Shown piece by piece: positions 12,101 to 24,799 of a stretch of DNA of 64,000 bases. The stretch's first letter is position 1. Each line of letters begins with the position of its first letter. The notes under the pieces are model-generated. The model searched no databases. It had not been told where the DNA came from and worked only from the letters and a program-made list of their open reading frames with translations. Made by a program: the position numbers and the translations under genes. This stretch comes from Lophium mytilinum (taxonomy: Eukaryota): contig MU004181.1 of NCBI GenBank assembly GCA_010093605.1, positions 496,001 through 560,000 of the forward strand, written 5' to 3'.

Positions 12101-12605
12101 ATGTCAAGTACGAGAGTTTGAATTAGGCTTGCAGTGCTTGTTCTATAAAGGATAGTCTGAGACACCCCCGGCCGTACCGATAAAATACAGGAGGTATGTC
12201 GAGTGCGAGAGGGTTCGAGTTGAACTCGGCTTCTAAACGCTCTGAGAGATGTTCTAAGACACCTCCGGATGTACTGACAGGCTGCACGAACCATGTCAAC
12301 TGCGAGAGAGTTGAAGTTAAGCTCGAGATGCTTACGATGTAGAAAAAAGTTCAAGACACCTCTGGTCGTACTGCAAATTTCTAGGAAGGATGTCGAGTGC
12401 TAGAGGGTGCGAATTGAACTCCTATTGCAAACGCTCTGAAAGGTATCCTAAGACACCTCCGAACGCACTGAAATGCTACGTCGACTATTTCAAGTGCGAG
12501 AAAGTTTAAATTAAGCCCAAGACGCCTATAATGTAGAAGAAAGTCCAGGACACTCCTAGACGTACTGAAGATTTATAGGAAGGATGTCAAGTGCAAGAGA
12601 GTCTC
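12101..12605. repeat. Degenerate tandem repeat, ~97-bp unit x5 with alternating (dimeric) structure
   Basis: ATGTC(A/G)AGTGCGAGAG-like starts at 12101, 12196, 12293, 12390, 12487 and 12584, each full unit with an AGACACC-like core. Confidence 0.9.
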
Positions 12606-12922
12606 GACTCGACCAAATGTGACCCGCATGGACCTCGATACCAGAAATAAACCCCATTTGGGACTCCACGGAAGCATCCCCGCAAATCAGCCCACTCCTC
12701 TCACCGAATTTCCCGAACTATGCCCCAATAGGCTAGCGCCCGTCCTCTCACTCAACTTTTCACGGCCAACATAAAACCCTTCCGATTCCGAGCCTCCCTC
12801 CTACAGCAACGTAAATTCATCCGCGTCCGCTGTTAGCTTTCCTCTACACTACAAACCGCGTCCGCAACCACGTCTTTTCGATCATCAACAAACCATTCCA
12901 AGTCCTCCCGACGTACGCCATC

Positions 12923-13535
12923 ATGAGCAGCGCCGTTGCCTTCCGCCGTAAGTCCAATGCCGAGCCTGCTGTCAAGACCCAGCGAGATTTGACTGGTTAT
13001 CAGCCCGTGCTACCGTCGCCGCCGCAGCTCGGTACGCCGGCTGGCTTGCCCTGGGTGTTGGCCTCGGTGGGGTGCTTGCTGTGCTGGGTGCTGGTAAGAC
13101 TGTCCTGAATGAGGCTTTTGTTGCATCTCCTTACGTGTATCTAGCTGCTCCGTGGGCCTTAGGCCGTCGTACCCGGTTCGCCGGTGTCCTCCTGCGTGTG
13201 CTGGGTGAGTGCTCCTTGTCCTACTTGATATCTTTTCGATAATTGGCTAACAAATTGTAGTGGGTCCCGCCGCTGCCGCTGCCACCGCGGCCGCCGTCGT
13301 CGCCGTCGCCGCCGGAGGAGAGGGAGAAGAAGAGGAGAGAGAGGGGGGTGTTGCCGGGGGTGCTGGGTTGGTGCTGGGCGCGGTGGGTGGGAGGTGGGCG
13401 GAGATGGAGGCGCTGCTGGGCGTGGCCCGTGTGGAGATGGTGCTGGGGGAGAGGGTGGAGGGGGGCGCGGTGGAAGAAGAGGAGGAAGAAGAGGAGGAGG
13501 AGGGCGAGGAGGTGCCGGTGTTCTTGGAGGAGTAG
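12923..13535 (+). CDS. Small membrane-anchored acidic protein, 4 exons; paralog of 14874..15494
   Basis: Introns 12948-13003, 13094-13144 and 13205-13260 give MSSAVAFRPRATVAAAARYAGWLALGVGLGGVLAVLGA...RWAEMEALLGVARVEMVLGE...EEEE*. Confidence 0.7.
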
Positions 13536-14873
13536 GGGGTGCTGCCGGGAGATGAGGGGGTGAGATTTGGCCGGTGCTGCTGTCCTGTCTGCCGTGGCGG
13601 AGGCCTGGCTGGTCCACCTCCTGCCGATCGAATACGATTCTTTGCCGATGTCATCTTCTATGCAGCGTGATCTGAAGTGCTTTCTTGAAGATCAACGATA
13701 GAGCTGACTTTCGATCATTAGGCCGGTATGAATGTTCCTGCGACTCGACATCACAAAGCTGGATCAAGCATTCAAGCAGTGTATTTAAAACGTACGAAGG
13801 CACCCTGAACAATGGCTTAGGCCTAGAAGAGTCATTCGGGATGCGGCCTTATTTTCAGACGTCCGGCTCTTTACTGACGTAGCGTCCTGCAATTCACAGT
13901 CACAGTGACGAGAGCGGAAATTGGGTCCGAGATTTGTGCTTTGCCTCATTGTTTTAAGGATATGCCAGGGCAATCAGACAGCCCTACAAGGTTAGAAAAG
14001 ACGGATAGATAGTCTGATGATATGTTGGGTACTGGGTCGTCATTATGGAACAAGCTTATTATTTTCAAAGGGGTGAAGCGCAATCACGTGACACCACGTG
14101 ACCTCCCTTCACTTTCTTCAAAATGTTCAACATTATCGCATAAGACCAATGCGCTGCTTAGTATCGAAGCCGAGTCTATCGAGCACTTCGCTAGCTTTGG
14201 CGGAGTTATAATACACCCCATAGCTGGAGAAATCGATATTACAGGCGAAGAATTTGGATCGCTTCGGTGCTACTGTTGCATATTAGGGCACTTCAGACAA
14301 CGGCAAGGCGACGTCAATACTAGATATAGATGACCTGATATATTTCCAAGCGACGCTCGAATGGTTATTTGGCCGTCCTAATGCTAGGGAAGTGGATATT
14401 GGGTCAGGAACACATTTCTCATCTTCGCTATTGCTGTGCATAGCTAGAGTACCTCCAACGCCGGCATACTTCCTGCAATACATAGAAAGTGATTGTGAGA
14501 CTTAGGCCTCATCAGCCAAGCTTCAATAAACGGGGGGTTATCAGGCTATTCCACACCAGCAATATCAATATCAAGCTACGGAATTATCAATTCCTTCATC
14601 AGATTTACGACATATCAGGGTATTTCAAACGGCCACATGTTACTACCAAGACAGACTGGTCCGTCTATCTATTATCGAGCTACCTAGCTGATACTTCCAC
14701 AAATCATCATCACAGGATAGCGTAGAGCCATCGACTTCAAATCACAGTGCACAGACCTTCATATCTGCAGAGAGACAACTTGCATAGGCATGAGGCGGCC
14801 CAGCTCATCCTCTACTACGGCAAACAGCACGGCAGCAGCACCCAGAACCCACGCCGCAGCAGACCACCCCCCC

Positions 14874-15494
14874 TCACTCCTCCGCAGGACCCTCCCCCGG
14901 CACCACACCCTCCCCCAACCCCATCTCCACGTGGGCCACGCCCAGCAGCGCCTCCAGCTCTCCCCACCGCTCCCCCTGCGGCCTCGGGCCCACCCTCTGC
15001 CTCCACCCCCCCTCCTCGGCGCCTGCGCCACGCCTCTCCCACCCCCTCCACATTCCTCCCCTCGCCCTCCACCGCTGTCTGTCCCTCTCCCTCTCCCGCT
15101 CTTCCTCCTCCCTCTCCCTCCGCCTCTCCAACTCCTCCTGCCACATCACCCAGGCTGGGGCGGGCACGGGCGCGGGGCGGTCATCGTCGTCGTCGTTTTC
15201 TTCCTCTTCATCCTCTTCTTCTTCTTCTTCGGCTTCGGCGGCGGGGGCAGCAGCGGGGCGAGCAGCTACAGTACGTTAGCTAACGACTCAAAAGCAACCG
15301 GTGGGGAGCAAAGGGGTACTCACGCAACAGCAGCGGACGCAGCAGCAGCAGCAGCACGGGGAAGATACCGAAAGCACCCAGCGCAAGCCAGGCGGCAGTT
15401 TCGGCGGTGCGGCGGTCTAATATCCAGTCAGTTCTCGGTCTGTGTGGGCAGCACGCTCAGAAAAGGACTTACGTCGAGACAGCACGGCTCCCAT
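14874..15494 (-). CDS. Small membrane-anchored acidic/charged protein, 3 exons, possible N-myristoylation (MGAVLS); paralog of 12923..13535
   Basis: Introns 15472-15417 and ~15323-15266 give MGAVLSRHRRTAETAAWLALGAFGIFPVLLLLLRPLLL...RWGELEALLGVAHVEMGLGE*. Confidence 0.7.
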
Positions 15495-17228
15495 GGCGGC
15501 GGTGTCGGGGGTGCTTTGTAGAGTGGTTGTGGTAATCAAAAAAGGGGCTTAGGGCGCGCGATTCGCGGTGTCGGGCAGCGGGTCGGCGATTGATCGAGGT
15601 TTTTGGAGTCGTTGTGATGATGACTGCGGATTGGAAAGATCTTGCAGTGGGGGGAGGAAGTGTGTGAGCGGATTGGCGCTAGCCGTTAGCGGTGTAGCTC
15701 GGACATTTCGGTGAGAGGAGCGGGCCGGTTTGCGGGAATGCTTCCGTAGATTGGGTAGAGCTCTTGGATGGGGCACTGTGTGGAGAGCTGGACGTTGGAG
15801 GAGTGGGAATCTGGCATTGTTTCAGCGTTTTTTGCAAGGGTGGGTAACACTTCAGATCACCTTCAGCAGTATTGATTTCATTTAGCAGTATTTGGATTCG
15901 AATTGTATCAGAAACTACCATGCCCACCTGTATCCTCTTCGTCTTGTCAACTTTGCCGGCCCTACCCCTAACAATGCGAGTCTGAATGGATCATGTTTGG
16001 CCGATTGGCGGCGGTATTGGCGGAGTCGACAAGGTGTTTATCTAACAGGATGTGCTTGCTGTACTTGTGAAATGTCGCGCATTCATCGACCAACTTTGCT
16101 CCTTTTCTGCCATCGTTCTCGCTCTCGACCTGGATTGCGCGAGGCTTAGAATTTTGCCGCATTCTTCGTTGGTTGAGGAAGAGCTAGCGGACCTATCAAG
16201 ACAAAAAGCTGAACATGATAGTCAGTTCGCGTATTCCATCTAGGTATTTGACGGTCTGGTCATGTCTACCCTAGACCCTCCCTCTAGTCGTGGCAAGCTC
16301 CCGCCTGGTCTGGTGTACCCACACACAATTGGGGAGAAGCTGACTTTGCCTTGCGCATAGCCGTGGTAGATAATTGAGGCCATTGGCAGAGACTTTGCTC
16401 GCTCGGTCGCTGCGAATGCTGTTACTATGTGGTGCCGCGGACGAAACCAATGTATCTGGGGAAGAGTTCTGGAGCAGTAGGGTTCCTCCACTGAAGCATG
16501 CTGCGAGGAAAAGAAAGCAGTCGCGAGGGAGCATTGTCGTCCGGATCAAAGTTTGACAAGGCAAGTGGCTCTCAAGATGTATGAATTCTCCAGAAGGTTG
16601 GTAGTGACTCGACGTGACGTCCCTTAGAATGCCAGGCCCGATGTCTCCATTCTATTTCGTCAAAGGCTCCAAAATGCGGCCTCTGTCCTAGCATCTTGCA
16701 CCTCGCATGCGCTCGCCGTCCTAGACCACTTCCTGGATCTGGCCCTCGGCGGCTGGCTGCTGAACATCGCCTTCTGCATCAGTGTTCTGGGTCCTAAAGA
16801 CCTCGTCAGATTCGAAGTGGCCTTCGTCGGCATCATCCTCCCCCTCGACGTCGTCGATCGCAATGCCGGCGGCAGGACGCACATCGTATTTCTACTCGCC
16901 GCCGCTACGTGAACGATGTACTCCTGTTTGATATCCGCAGGGAAGAAGATCATAGCGCGGACGTCCTCCGTGCGGTCCGAGTCCAAGCGCATAACCGATA
17001 TTGGCTCCGGTAGGTATTCCGCGGTGACCCTAGAGAGGGCGACAATGGCCCTGGTCTGCGCCGGCGTCGGTTCTGGCCTTATGGGAGAGCCCTTTCTGCA
17101 CGCCGAGAGCGCCAACAAGGCCAACTTTGTCGTGGGATATGTGGACCCTGCCGCTGGCGTCCACGCTTCCTGCACCTCGCATTCGAGAGGACATCCTGTC
17201 TGGGTACCCAACCGGAGAACTTGCCAAC

Positions 17229-17445
17229 CATCCGTCACTTGGGCAAAGACACCCCAGGAGTCCAGGGACTTCTCGACCGTCCGTCACTTGGGCAAAGATA
17301 CCCCAAATTCGTCCAAGGGTCCAGTAGTCTCTGGTCATGGGCAAAGACACCCCAGATTAGTCCAAGAGTCCAGCGACTTGTCGGCCGTCCGTCACTTGGG
17401 CAAAGACACCCCAAATTAGTCCACGAAGCCAGTGATCTCCGGTCC
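17229..17445. repeat. Minisatellite, 4 copies of a ~50-58 bp unit
   Basis: Core (CCGTCACT)TGGGCAAAGAYACCCCA at ~17232, 17281, 17338 and 17389. Confidence 0.9.
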
Positions 17446-17615
17446 TAGGCAGCGGCGAAGTATCCCGGGGTTTTGCGTCACCGAGACGAAGAGCTGCGGC
17501 TGGAAGCACAAGGAAGAGGGGAGGAGGGAGGGTCATGCGCGGGCTCCGGGGTCGCGGTCAGCCGGCTGCGTGTATGTTAGCAGAAAACTCGGCGAGAGGT
17601 AGGGGATATGGGGTG

Positions 17616-18152
17616 TTACAAGACGAGGGCACGGTCGGGGTGGCTAAGTAGCAGGCAAATGGGCTGCGGTCCAGGGAATGTGGTTGCCGTCGTCGTCTTC
17701 ATTTGGTCGCTGTAATCGCTGAGTCTACCGCCGTTTGCAAGTGACCAATAGACTCCCTCTTCCCGCTGACGGGGATGGCTTACCGGCTCCACCAATATCC
17801 ACACAAAGAACCTTGTACTCAGGAATCTGTATCTCCGTTCACAAGCGGGCGCGGTCGAGGAACGTCTCGGGACTGCCCACAAGACGTAGAAGTAGCGGAT
17901 TATGGCGAGCGCGGGGACCAATGCGATGCAGACGGCGATGGAGATTTGAATGAACGTGAAAATACTGTGATACGGGAGGTCTGTGACGGCGTGGTTGGGG
18001 GTATGAAAACCGTGGAGGTGCGTGTTGCTGCAGATTTTGGATGTAGCTCTTTCGGTGGTCATGAAAGTAGTCCTGCGGCAAGCACGTGCAGCTGCTAGCT
18101 CCTCCGCATTGTTTCCCTTCCCCACCGTGACGGCGACGACCACAGGCCCCAT
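17616..18152 (-). CDS. Possible small membrane protein
   Basis: ORF with hydrophobic stretch SIFTFIQISIAVCIALVPALAIIRYFYVLW; no family recognised, start uncertain. Confidence 0.3.
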   Translation of the reverse strand: MGPVVVAVTVGKGNNAEELAAARACRRTTFMTTERATSKICSNTHLHGFHTPNHAVTDLPYHSIFTFIQISIAVCIALVPALAIIRYFYVLWAVPRRSSTAPACERRYRFLSTRFFVWILVEPVSHPRQREEGVYWSLANGGRLSDYSDQMKTTTATTFPGPQPICLLLSHPDRALVL

Positions 18153-21100
18153 TCTCTCTCCTTCAGCCTACCTGCGAGTAGCACGCCTATCCCGACGAGT
18201 CTCCCTTGTCTTCCTACCACCACGCTGATATGTCCGCTCCGCCTCGCCCAAGTGCAGAAGCACCCCCCTTCGCCGCCTCACAGACTGGCCTGCTGCCTAG
18301 TTCCCGTCGTCCTGGAGCCGCGGACGCGAGTTCTACAAGTAAGAGCTTGCAAGGCCTTTTGCCACCATGTTGCTAACCATGCCTAAGCAGATACTACCAG
18401 CAATGTGATCCCCTCTTCCCTGGGCGGCGATGACGAATCTCCGCAACGGCCTCCTCCTGAGCGCTGGACCGCGTCCTTCTGCAGCCCCGAGCAAATCGAC
18501 GACTTGGGAAAGATCGCTTTTCAGCGATTCGCTCAGACAGGAATAGAGCATGGGACGAGCCGCAGCACCACCAGCATGCCTCTCATCACATCTGACCACG
18601 CGCAGCCGCCCATGCTGCATCCGCAACCTCTACGCCGCCAAAGCCAACACTCCGTCTTCGCCAAAGCCGTCCTTCTGAGCCAGACCCTCGTCCACAGCAT
18701 CGAACGAGGCCACGACTTCCGCGGTGAGAGCGGCGGTGCCGTGCGAACGTCGGACAAGACGCCCGCTACCGAGCCTACATCACAGCCCGTCACCACCAAG
18801 AAGGCATAACTCCCGGATCTCATGGCGAGCTGAAGCCTTTTCTTTTCGTAAGCGGCCACCATGACCCTGTCATCACCAAAGACGGTGTTGGAGGAGAGAC
18901 CTAGTCGAACTCGGGGTGCGCTGGAGCTTGGGCGAAGGATTAGGGGAGAGGGCTACGGCAGGTGCGCGTCACCTCTTGTATATAGCGTCGCGTTCCTCAA
19001 CACCTCACTTTCTCTCCTATATCAGCATCGTTTGCTACATCACGTACATGGCCTACAACTCCCTGTTTCGTGACAGCGTGGGTGCTAAGCTGCGTAGTCT
19101 GAATAAATCATGTCTCGAACTACATCACGTCGGCCACACCAACACCAATTCCAATAATGCTACGGACATCACTTCCAGCAATGGCCAAACACTTCTATGT
19201 ACTTCTGCAGGTCGTCGCTCCTCGTAGGACTCCCGTGTACAGAACTCTCAGGTATAGACACTGTTCCGGAACCCGCCTTCCACAAGCTGAACCTGCTGAA
19301 CATGATCATACAGTGTATAGTGGAACGCATCGCGCAGTCATGTCATCGTAATTCCGCTGCATAAACGCTGTTTTTGCTTGCTTGACACCACTGTCAGGAA
19401 GGCCTCAGCTAGCAAGTACTCAGGCCGCCAAACGGTGATCCGAATTCAGAGCCCATCATCTTTGAAGCTTGTTTCCCGGACTCTAGGAGTTAGAGAGACC
19501 GCATTTGTTTGTACTAGTTCTACTCTTGCCAGCGCGAAGCCACCATACGGAGGACCCCAGCTAGCCGGTATAGCTTCAGCCAAAAGGTAAGCTAATTCGT
19601 AATGTATGCTTTTTGCTATTGGGTCTTTGATATTCGAAGTTCTTAAGCGCTAAGAAAAGCCAGCGAATGCTTGTTTCTCTCCTTATGGATGGAAACTTTT
19701 CGGCTCAGACACAGACGCGAGCTTGGGCACCTTGGAAGAGCGCTTCCTCCTGACTGAGAGGTTGATCGATATCAATACCATGGAGCCTCGCAGCATGGCC
19801 ATATCTCTCCGTCGTGCTAGTTGACCCTGCTGATGCCATCGTATTTCATCATTTCGACGGGCCGGCCGAACTCACACCACACGCTGCTCGACCATGCCTG
19901 GAGCTCTGTATCAGCGTCTCCCAGCTCTCCTAACCTAGTGCTTGGTGCCGGATCTCTACAATGGCAGACGCTTACGGCAACGAGCGCCGGGCATGACAGC
20001 TGGCTTGTCTCCCGCGATGATGACCTGGTAATCGCAACCTATACCACGCTACTTCGCATTGATATGATGGACAACCCAGCTGCTCGGGCCGCACTCTTTC
20101 CCGCTTAACGCCATTGAACGTATTACGCTAGCTAGAAGGTATTCGGCTACACGAAAATGACCCATCCATAGCTGACTTCGTTGAAGGTCCTCGCTGGTCG
20201 TGGATGGAGGAGCCCCTCGGTCTCAGCATACCGAGTCAGCAGCGACCGAGAATACGACTGCTGCTAAGATGATCCTGAAGGAACAGCGCACCGATCGGTG
20301 CAGCAAACAGTCGCGGCATCCAGTGCTTTGGCTCGGAGTCTCGCCCATCTGGGCGGAGCGGTCGTGGTTGGGTATGAAGACGAAGGAGCGTACTAGGCTT
20401 AGGGTTGTTGACACCTGTTGTACTACAACCAAGTTCTCACCTCCGACGACCTCCGCCTGCCTTGGACACTTCGACACCGCCTAGCCTCAGTGAATTCTAC
20501 GGCCTGCGAACTTCCCAAGCTTAAGCCTTTTTGACCAGTGAGGCTGCCTAAGGTAACTAAAAACTAATTACTGGAGTCTTGGACTCATTTGGGGTGTCGT
20601 TGCCCACGTAACGGATCTTCCCCTAAACCTCCTCACTTTCAAGCATTTAACGCTAAATCGCGCCAAAAGATATCCCAGGCAGCCGAGACAAAACTCTTTC
20701 GCTTGTCTTGCTCCCTAAAGGCGCGCTAGTCAACAAATCGGGCGCGTTGAGGTGATGTCATCGGCGGCCACCCACCCTCCGTTGCTACGTACCGAGTTGG
20801 CAGCAACGGAGGAGATAGTTGCTGCTAAGATCCTTCAGAAGGAACAGCGCGCACGGATGGGTGCAGCAAATGGTCATGGCACCCAGTGGTTTGCCCAGAG
20901 TTTCGCCCATCAATGAGCGGAGCGGTCGCGATTGGGGAATGCATGGGCAAAGACGGAGGGCTGATAACATGCATGGTGCAGTGATTATTATGTGCATGAG
21001 AAAGGGACATGGCAGAGATCCTCGTGCTTTGAGAGAATGAGAGGTTTGAATAACGCAAACAGTGAGTCTAGAAAAACGGTGGGCGCATGTCAAAAAAGTA

Positions 21101-21458
21101 CTATACTACTCTTTCATCATATCATCATGCTTTCTCAGATGTGTGTGTCTTCCAAGCCTCCTGCGGCTGACCGGCATCCCGTGGAGCGTTTCAGGCTTTT
21201 ACGAGCATCATCTGCCAGTGAAGAGCGGCGTCTGCAACGACCATCCGTGCAGCTTGCTAGTTACCCGTAGCTACTCTAATGGCTATTAGGAACGCTAGTG
21301 TATGTGCATTAAGCTGAAAAGGTGGCTGAGATAACGTGACGTCAATGCAGGTTCCGGCGGGCGCCTCCCCCACGCCCCCATCCCAGGAGCTTAGACCACG
21401 CACTAACAGGTGTCCTAGCACTCTAGCTATATATTTCCTATAAGTTCGACCGTCTTTC

Positions 21459-21581
21459 GCCCTCACCACCGTGGTGAGGGTGGTAATGAAACAGTGCTAA
21501 CGTCTATCATAGTAACATGCCGGGTTCGAGTCCCGCTTAGGCGATGGCGCTTAGAGTCCTTATGAGGAAAACACTTTTTTT
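21459..21581 (+). ncRNA. Unidentified Pol III-type small RNA gene (~120 nt)
   Basis: TATATATTT at -31 (21428); A-box-like TGGTGAGGGTGG (21472); B box GGTTCGAGTCC (21523); T7 terminator (21575-21581); 5' hairpin; no tRNA cloverleaf. Confidence 0.6.
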
Positions 21582-21714
21582 GCTTTTGATCTACTATGTG
21601 GCTCTATCTATAGACGTTGTGTTCTTTTGCTATTGATTTTTGAAGTTGTGGAGTCGGTGATGGTTAGCTGATGGAGGAGAAGGGCGGGGGTGAGGCTAAA
21701 ACTTCCGCAGCAAC

Positions 21715-22150
21715 ACCTCGGCCTCTATCTCCACCTCGATCTCTCCTAAGCTCAACAGCCCCTTCTCAACCTCCTACAAGAGCACCTCCTGCACTGCGAA
21801 GAGACTGCACCCCCCATTGACCGTCCTTGTCAAACCCCTCCGCTCGCGTCGTCGCGAAAACTTCAAACGAGCTACGTGCCGACACGGCTACAAAGGAATG
21901 CGGCAGCTCCTACTACTGCTGGGCGACGAGGATTCTTCATTACAAGATTGTTGAGCCGTCAGCTACCTCCACCTAGACCTCCGCCTCGGTCTCTCTCAAA
22001 CTCGACATTGTCTTCATACTCTCCTACAAGAGCACCTCATGCACTACGAAGAGACTGCACAGCCCGCTGGCCATCCTTCCTACCCCTCTTCGCGCACCTC
22101 GTCGCGAAGACTTCAAACGAGCGACGTGTCGACACAGCTACCAAAGGGCG
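21715..22150. repeat. Tandem duplication, ~250-bp period
   Basis: CTCCTACAAGAGCACCTC.TGCACT.CGAAGAGACTGCAC...TCGTCGCGAA.ACTTCAAACGAGC at 21771 and 22021. Confidence 0.85.
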
Positions 22151-24799
22151 GCAATTTCTACCGCGCCCGGGTGACGAGGATCCATCATCACAAGGTTCGT
22201 CAAGCCCCCAGCTGGCAGCAGATTGATCACTTAGACGTGTACAGCTAACCCCGCCGTGGTATTCCTCTCTCTCATGTCTCCTTCGTCTTCACGGCAACCC
22301 CTTCACGACCTTTTCAATCCTCAATCATCCACCTCTTTTCGCTCAACCTCCTCTCACGCAGCCCCCTCAACCTTACGAGCACTGCTGCCGCATCTACTGC
22401 GGCGAACGGCCGCGCCTCTTGCTCGCAGGTGAGCAAGCCTCCTTCAGCATCGTCGAGCATTGATACGGACGAAACACTGTGTCGGCATACTTTCGCCCAT
22501 CCCACCTCCTCCAACATCTCTGGCACTCCAGCCGCGTCTGGGCCCAAGCCCAAGAATGTCCATTATTGCATGGACTTCATCGCCCCGATGAACACAGCGG
22601 CCGACGGCTGTTCCTCATGCTCGCAGGTGGAGTAGTCTCCTCCGGCATCATCGAGCATGGACTGCCAAAGAGACGGGCCGCTTGAGTCTCATCGTCAAGT
22701 TGAAAGTCCCCAGTCTTAACGCCACAAAGCCAACAGGCGAGTCAAGCCTGAGCATTGAGCCCGAAGTCAGCGGAGACGACGATTTACATGTCAGCAACAC
22801 CGGTCGCGAAGGTTCTTCAGCAGTTCCGAACCATGACACACTCGCCGTAAAGCTCACTGGCCTGTGCCGCGATTCCGTACAATCTCTCAAGCCGCTTCGT
22901 CTCGGCCATACCGACGCCGTTCCCTATGTTCCTACCGGGACGCATTATCCCTAAGTCCGTCTTCCGCTAGCATCTATGCCCCAAGTATAACCCCAGGAGC
23001 TTCAATCCGACTGTCACGCCTCGCCAGAAAGAGCCGCGTCCGTTTGTGCCTACTGTCGACGCTACTTTTGGACCCACTACACTTGTCCAGCTTAGCAGCC
23101 GTGAAGATTACGACACGGACAAGGAGAAGGCCTTCTCCTGACATCCTTGAGTCTATCCCATCCCGTCCAACATGTCTAGCACTCCTGTCGTGTCTGGGCC
23201 CGAGTCCAATAACGTCCGCTGTTGTGTGGGCTCAATGGCGCGGATGCGACGAACGGACATCCTTACCACTCGCGTACATAAACCGCCGACCACCAGCCTT
23301 TCCATCATGGCTTCCATGACATGGAGCTTTCCTCACTCCGAAAATGGCTCAAATGCTTACCTCGAGTAACACTTAGGCGACAAGCGCAATGCAGACGGTG
23401 CCGGCGGGTGGCCAAAGGGAGGACAATGACGCATCAGCAGGGGTGGAGAGCAGAGGATGGATAAGATCCTCGCGGATTGCGGACGCATCGAACGAACTTC
23501 ATCACGCGGATTTGGGTCAACATGTCCACTTCTTGACGTACAATTTGCAGACGATCCCGGCATTGCGTCATCTGGGTTGCGTTCGAAAAGCATAGCGCGC
23601 AACCAGGAAGGATATCATTCTCAAGGGAACGCAACTCTGGCAAAGGAAAACATTATCTCCATACGGGTTGCTATCCCCTTCTGACTTCTGGCCTCATTAG
23701 AGGCAGGTGTGAAGATTACGAAGATGCGAAAGGTGATCCAACTTGGGAGGCTTGCAATCTGCCTTGGGAGTAAATGCTATGTACCACCTTGGGGCGCTCG
23801 CAGCACTTGACGTAAATGGAGGAAATGTGAGTCTTGGTGTTTGCTACAAAATTCTCATCATGTACTAATATCTTCTGCGTTGTCCGCCGGTGGAAGATCC
23901 TTCCCGTCTAGTGTCCACCTTCTTTTAACCATACTATTCCTTATGAACTCACAAGCTCACAGAACGACCCCTTGATTGCAGCATGCTTTGCCATCGTCTG
24001 AAGTCCCTCAGCATTTCGTGAAAAAGTTGAGCGAAGTGATCTCCTTCGCCCGGCACAATGCTCGCAATTTCTGCGTGGTCTTATGGTGGCCTTGACTTAA
24101 CACAGGCCTCATACTCCAACCCTTCCTTTTTGCAAAAATTGAATAGGCCTGTTGTAAAGAGCAAAGCAGATCTGTACTACCTAAGTACGAATTCCATCTC
24201 GATTGTCACAAGAAAGTCAAGATGCTTAGGTAAAAGAGATTTGGCCACCAGGCCCGGGATCCGTCCCAATATGGCAATGCTCTGGGCAAAATTCAGCGAC
24301 GGATGACAGCCAAGACTGGCAAGGTTAGAGACAGAGTCACTCCAAAAGCTATGTGACCAGCAAGCTCCCCGCTACAAGGACCTCCTTCAAAGCTCAGGGC
24401 GATAGTGACCGGCAAACGGCACTACGCGATAACCCACCTGTCGGCCATGCTTGTCTCAGCCACACCTACGGATGGAGACGGAGTCTAATGATTTTCGAGT
24501 TCGCTACGGAGGCCCTACGAAACTGCACCAAAATGCCACCCCTAGTAGAATAGACCAAGGACAGCGGAGCGAAATTGAGTGACGAGGCGACCATCGCAGC
24601 CGCAAAGCTGTGCTTCGTTATGATTAGAGTTCTATGCACAAGTATAACATCTATTCGCAAAATTCCACGGCGACGAAGGCCCCAAGACTCCCTACACTAT
24701 CCTTAGCGTTGGCAAATGGACCGGTATATTACACTTCCTCCTCTCTACTCTGCCTCTCCACTCCCTCCACATCCACCACCACCAGTAGCGTCCCCATCT

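Noticed and set aside
13159..15521. Pro-rich ORFs 13159..13654 (-), 14747..15283 (+) and 14790..15521 (+)
   Set aside because: Antisense shadows of the G-rich last exons of the inverted gene pair
12101..17445. CRISPR-like interpretation of the repeat arrays
   Set aside because: Eukaryotic context, no cas genes, and the spacers are homologous to each other
19400..21512. Telomerase RNA: ATAAGT (21440) plus branch site and AG resembles the Pezizomycotina TER 3'-processing intron, and 20518-20580 can be drawn as a pseudoknot
   Set aside because: No TAACCCTAA-type template found upstream on the + strand, the putative stem 2 lacks the U-A tract needed for the triple helix, and the ATAAGT lies within the TATA region of the Pol III-like unit
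21459..21544. tRNA gene
   Set aside because: A T-loop/B box is present, but the acceptor stem, D arm and anticodon arm cannot be formed
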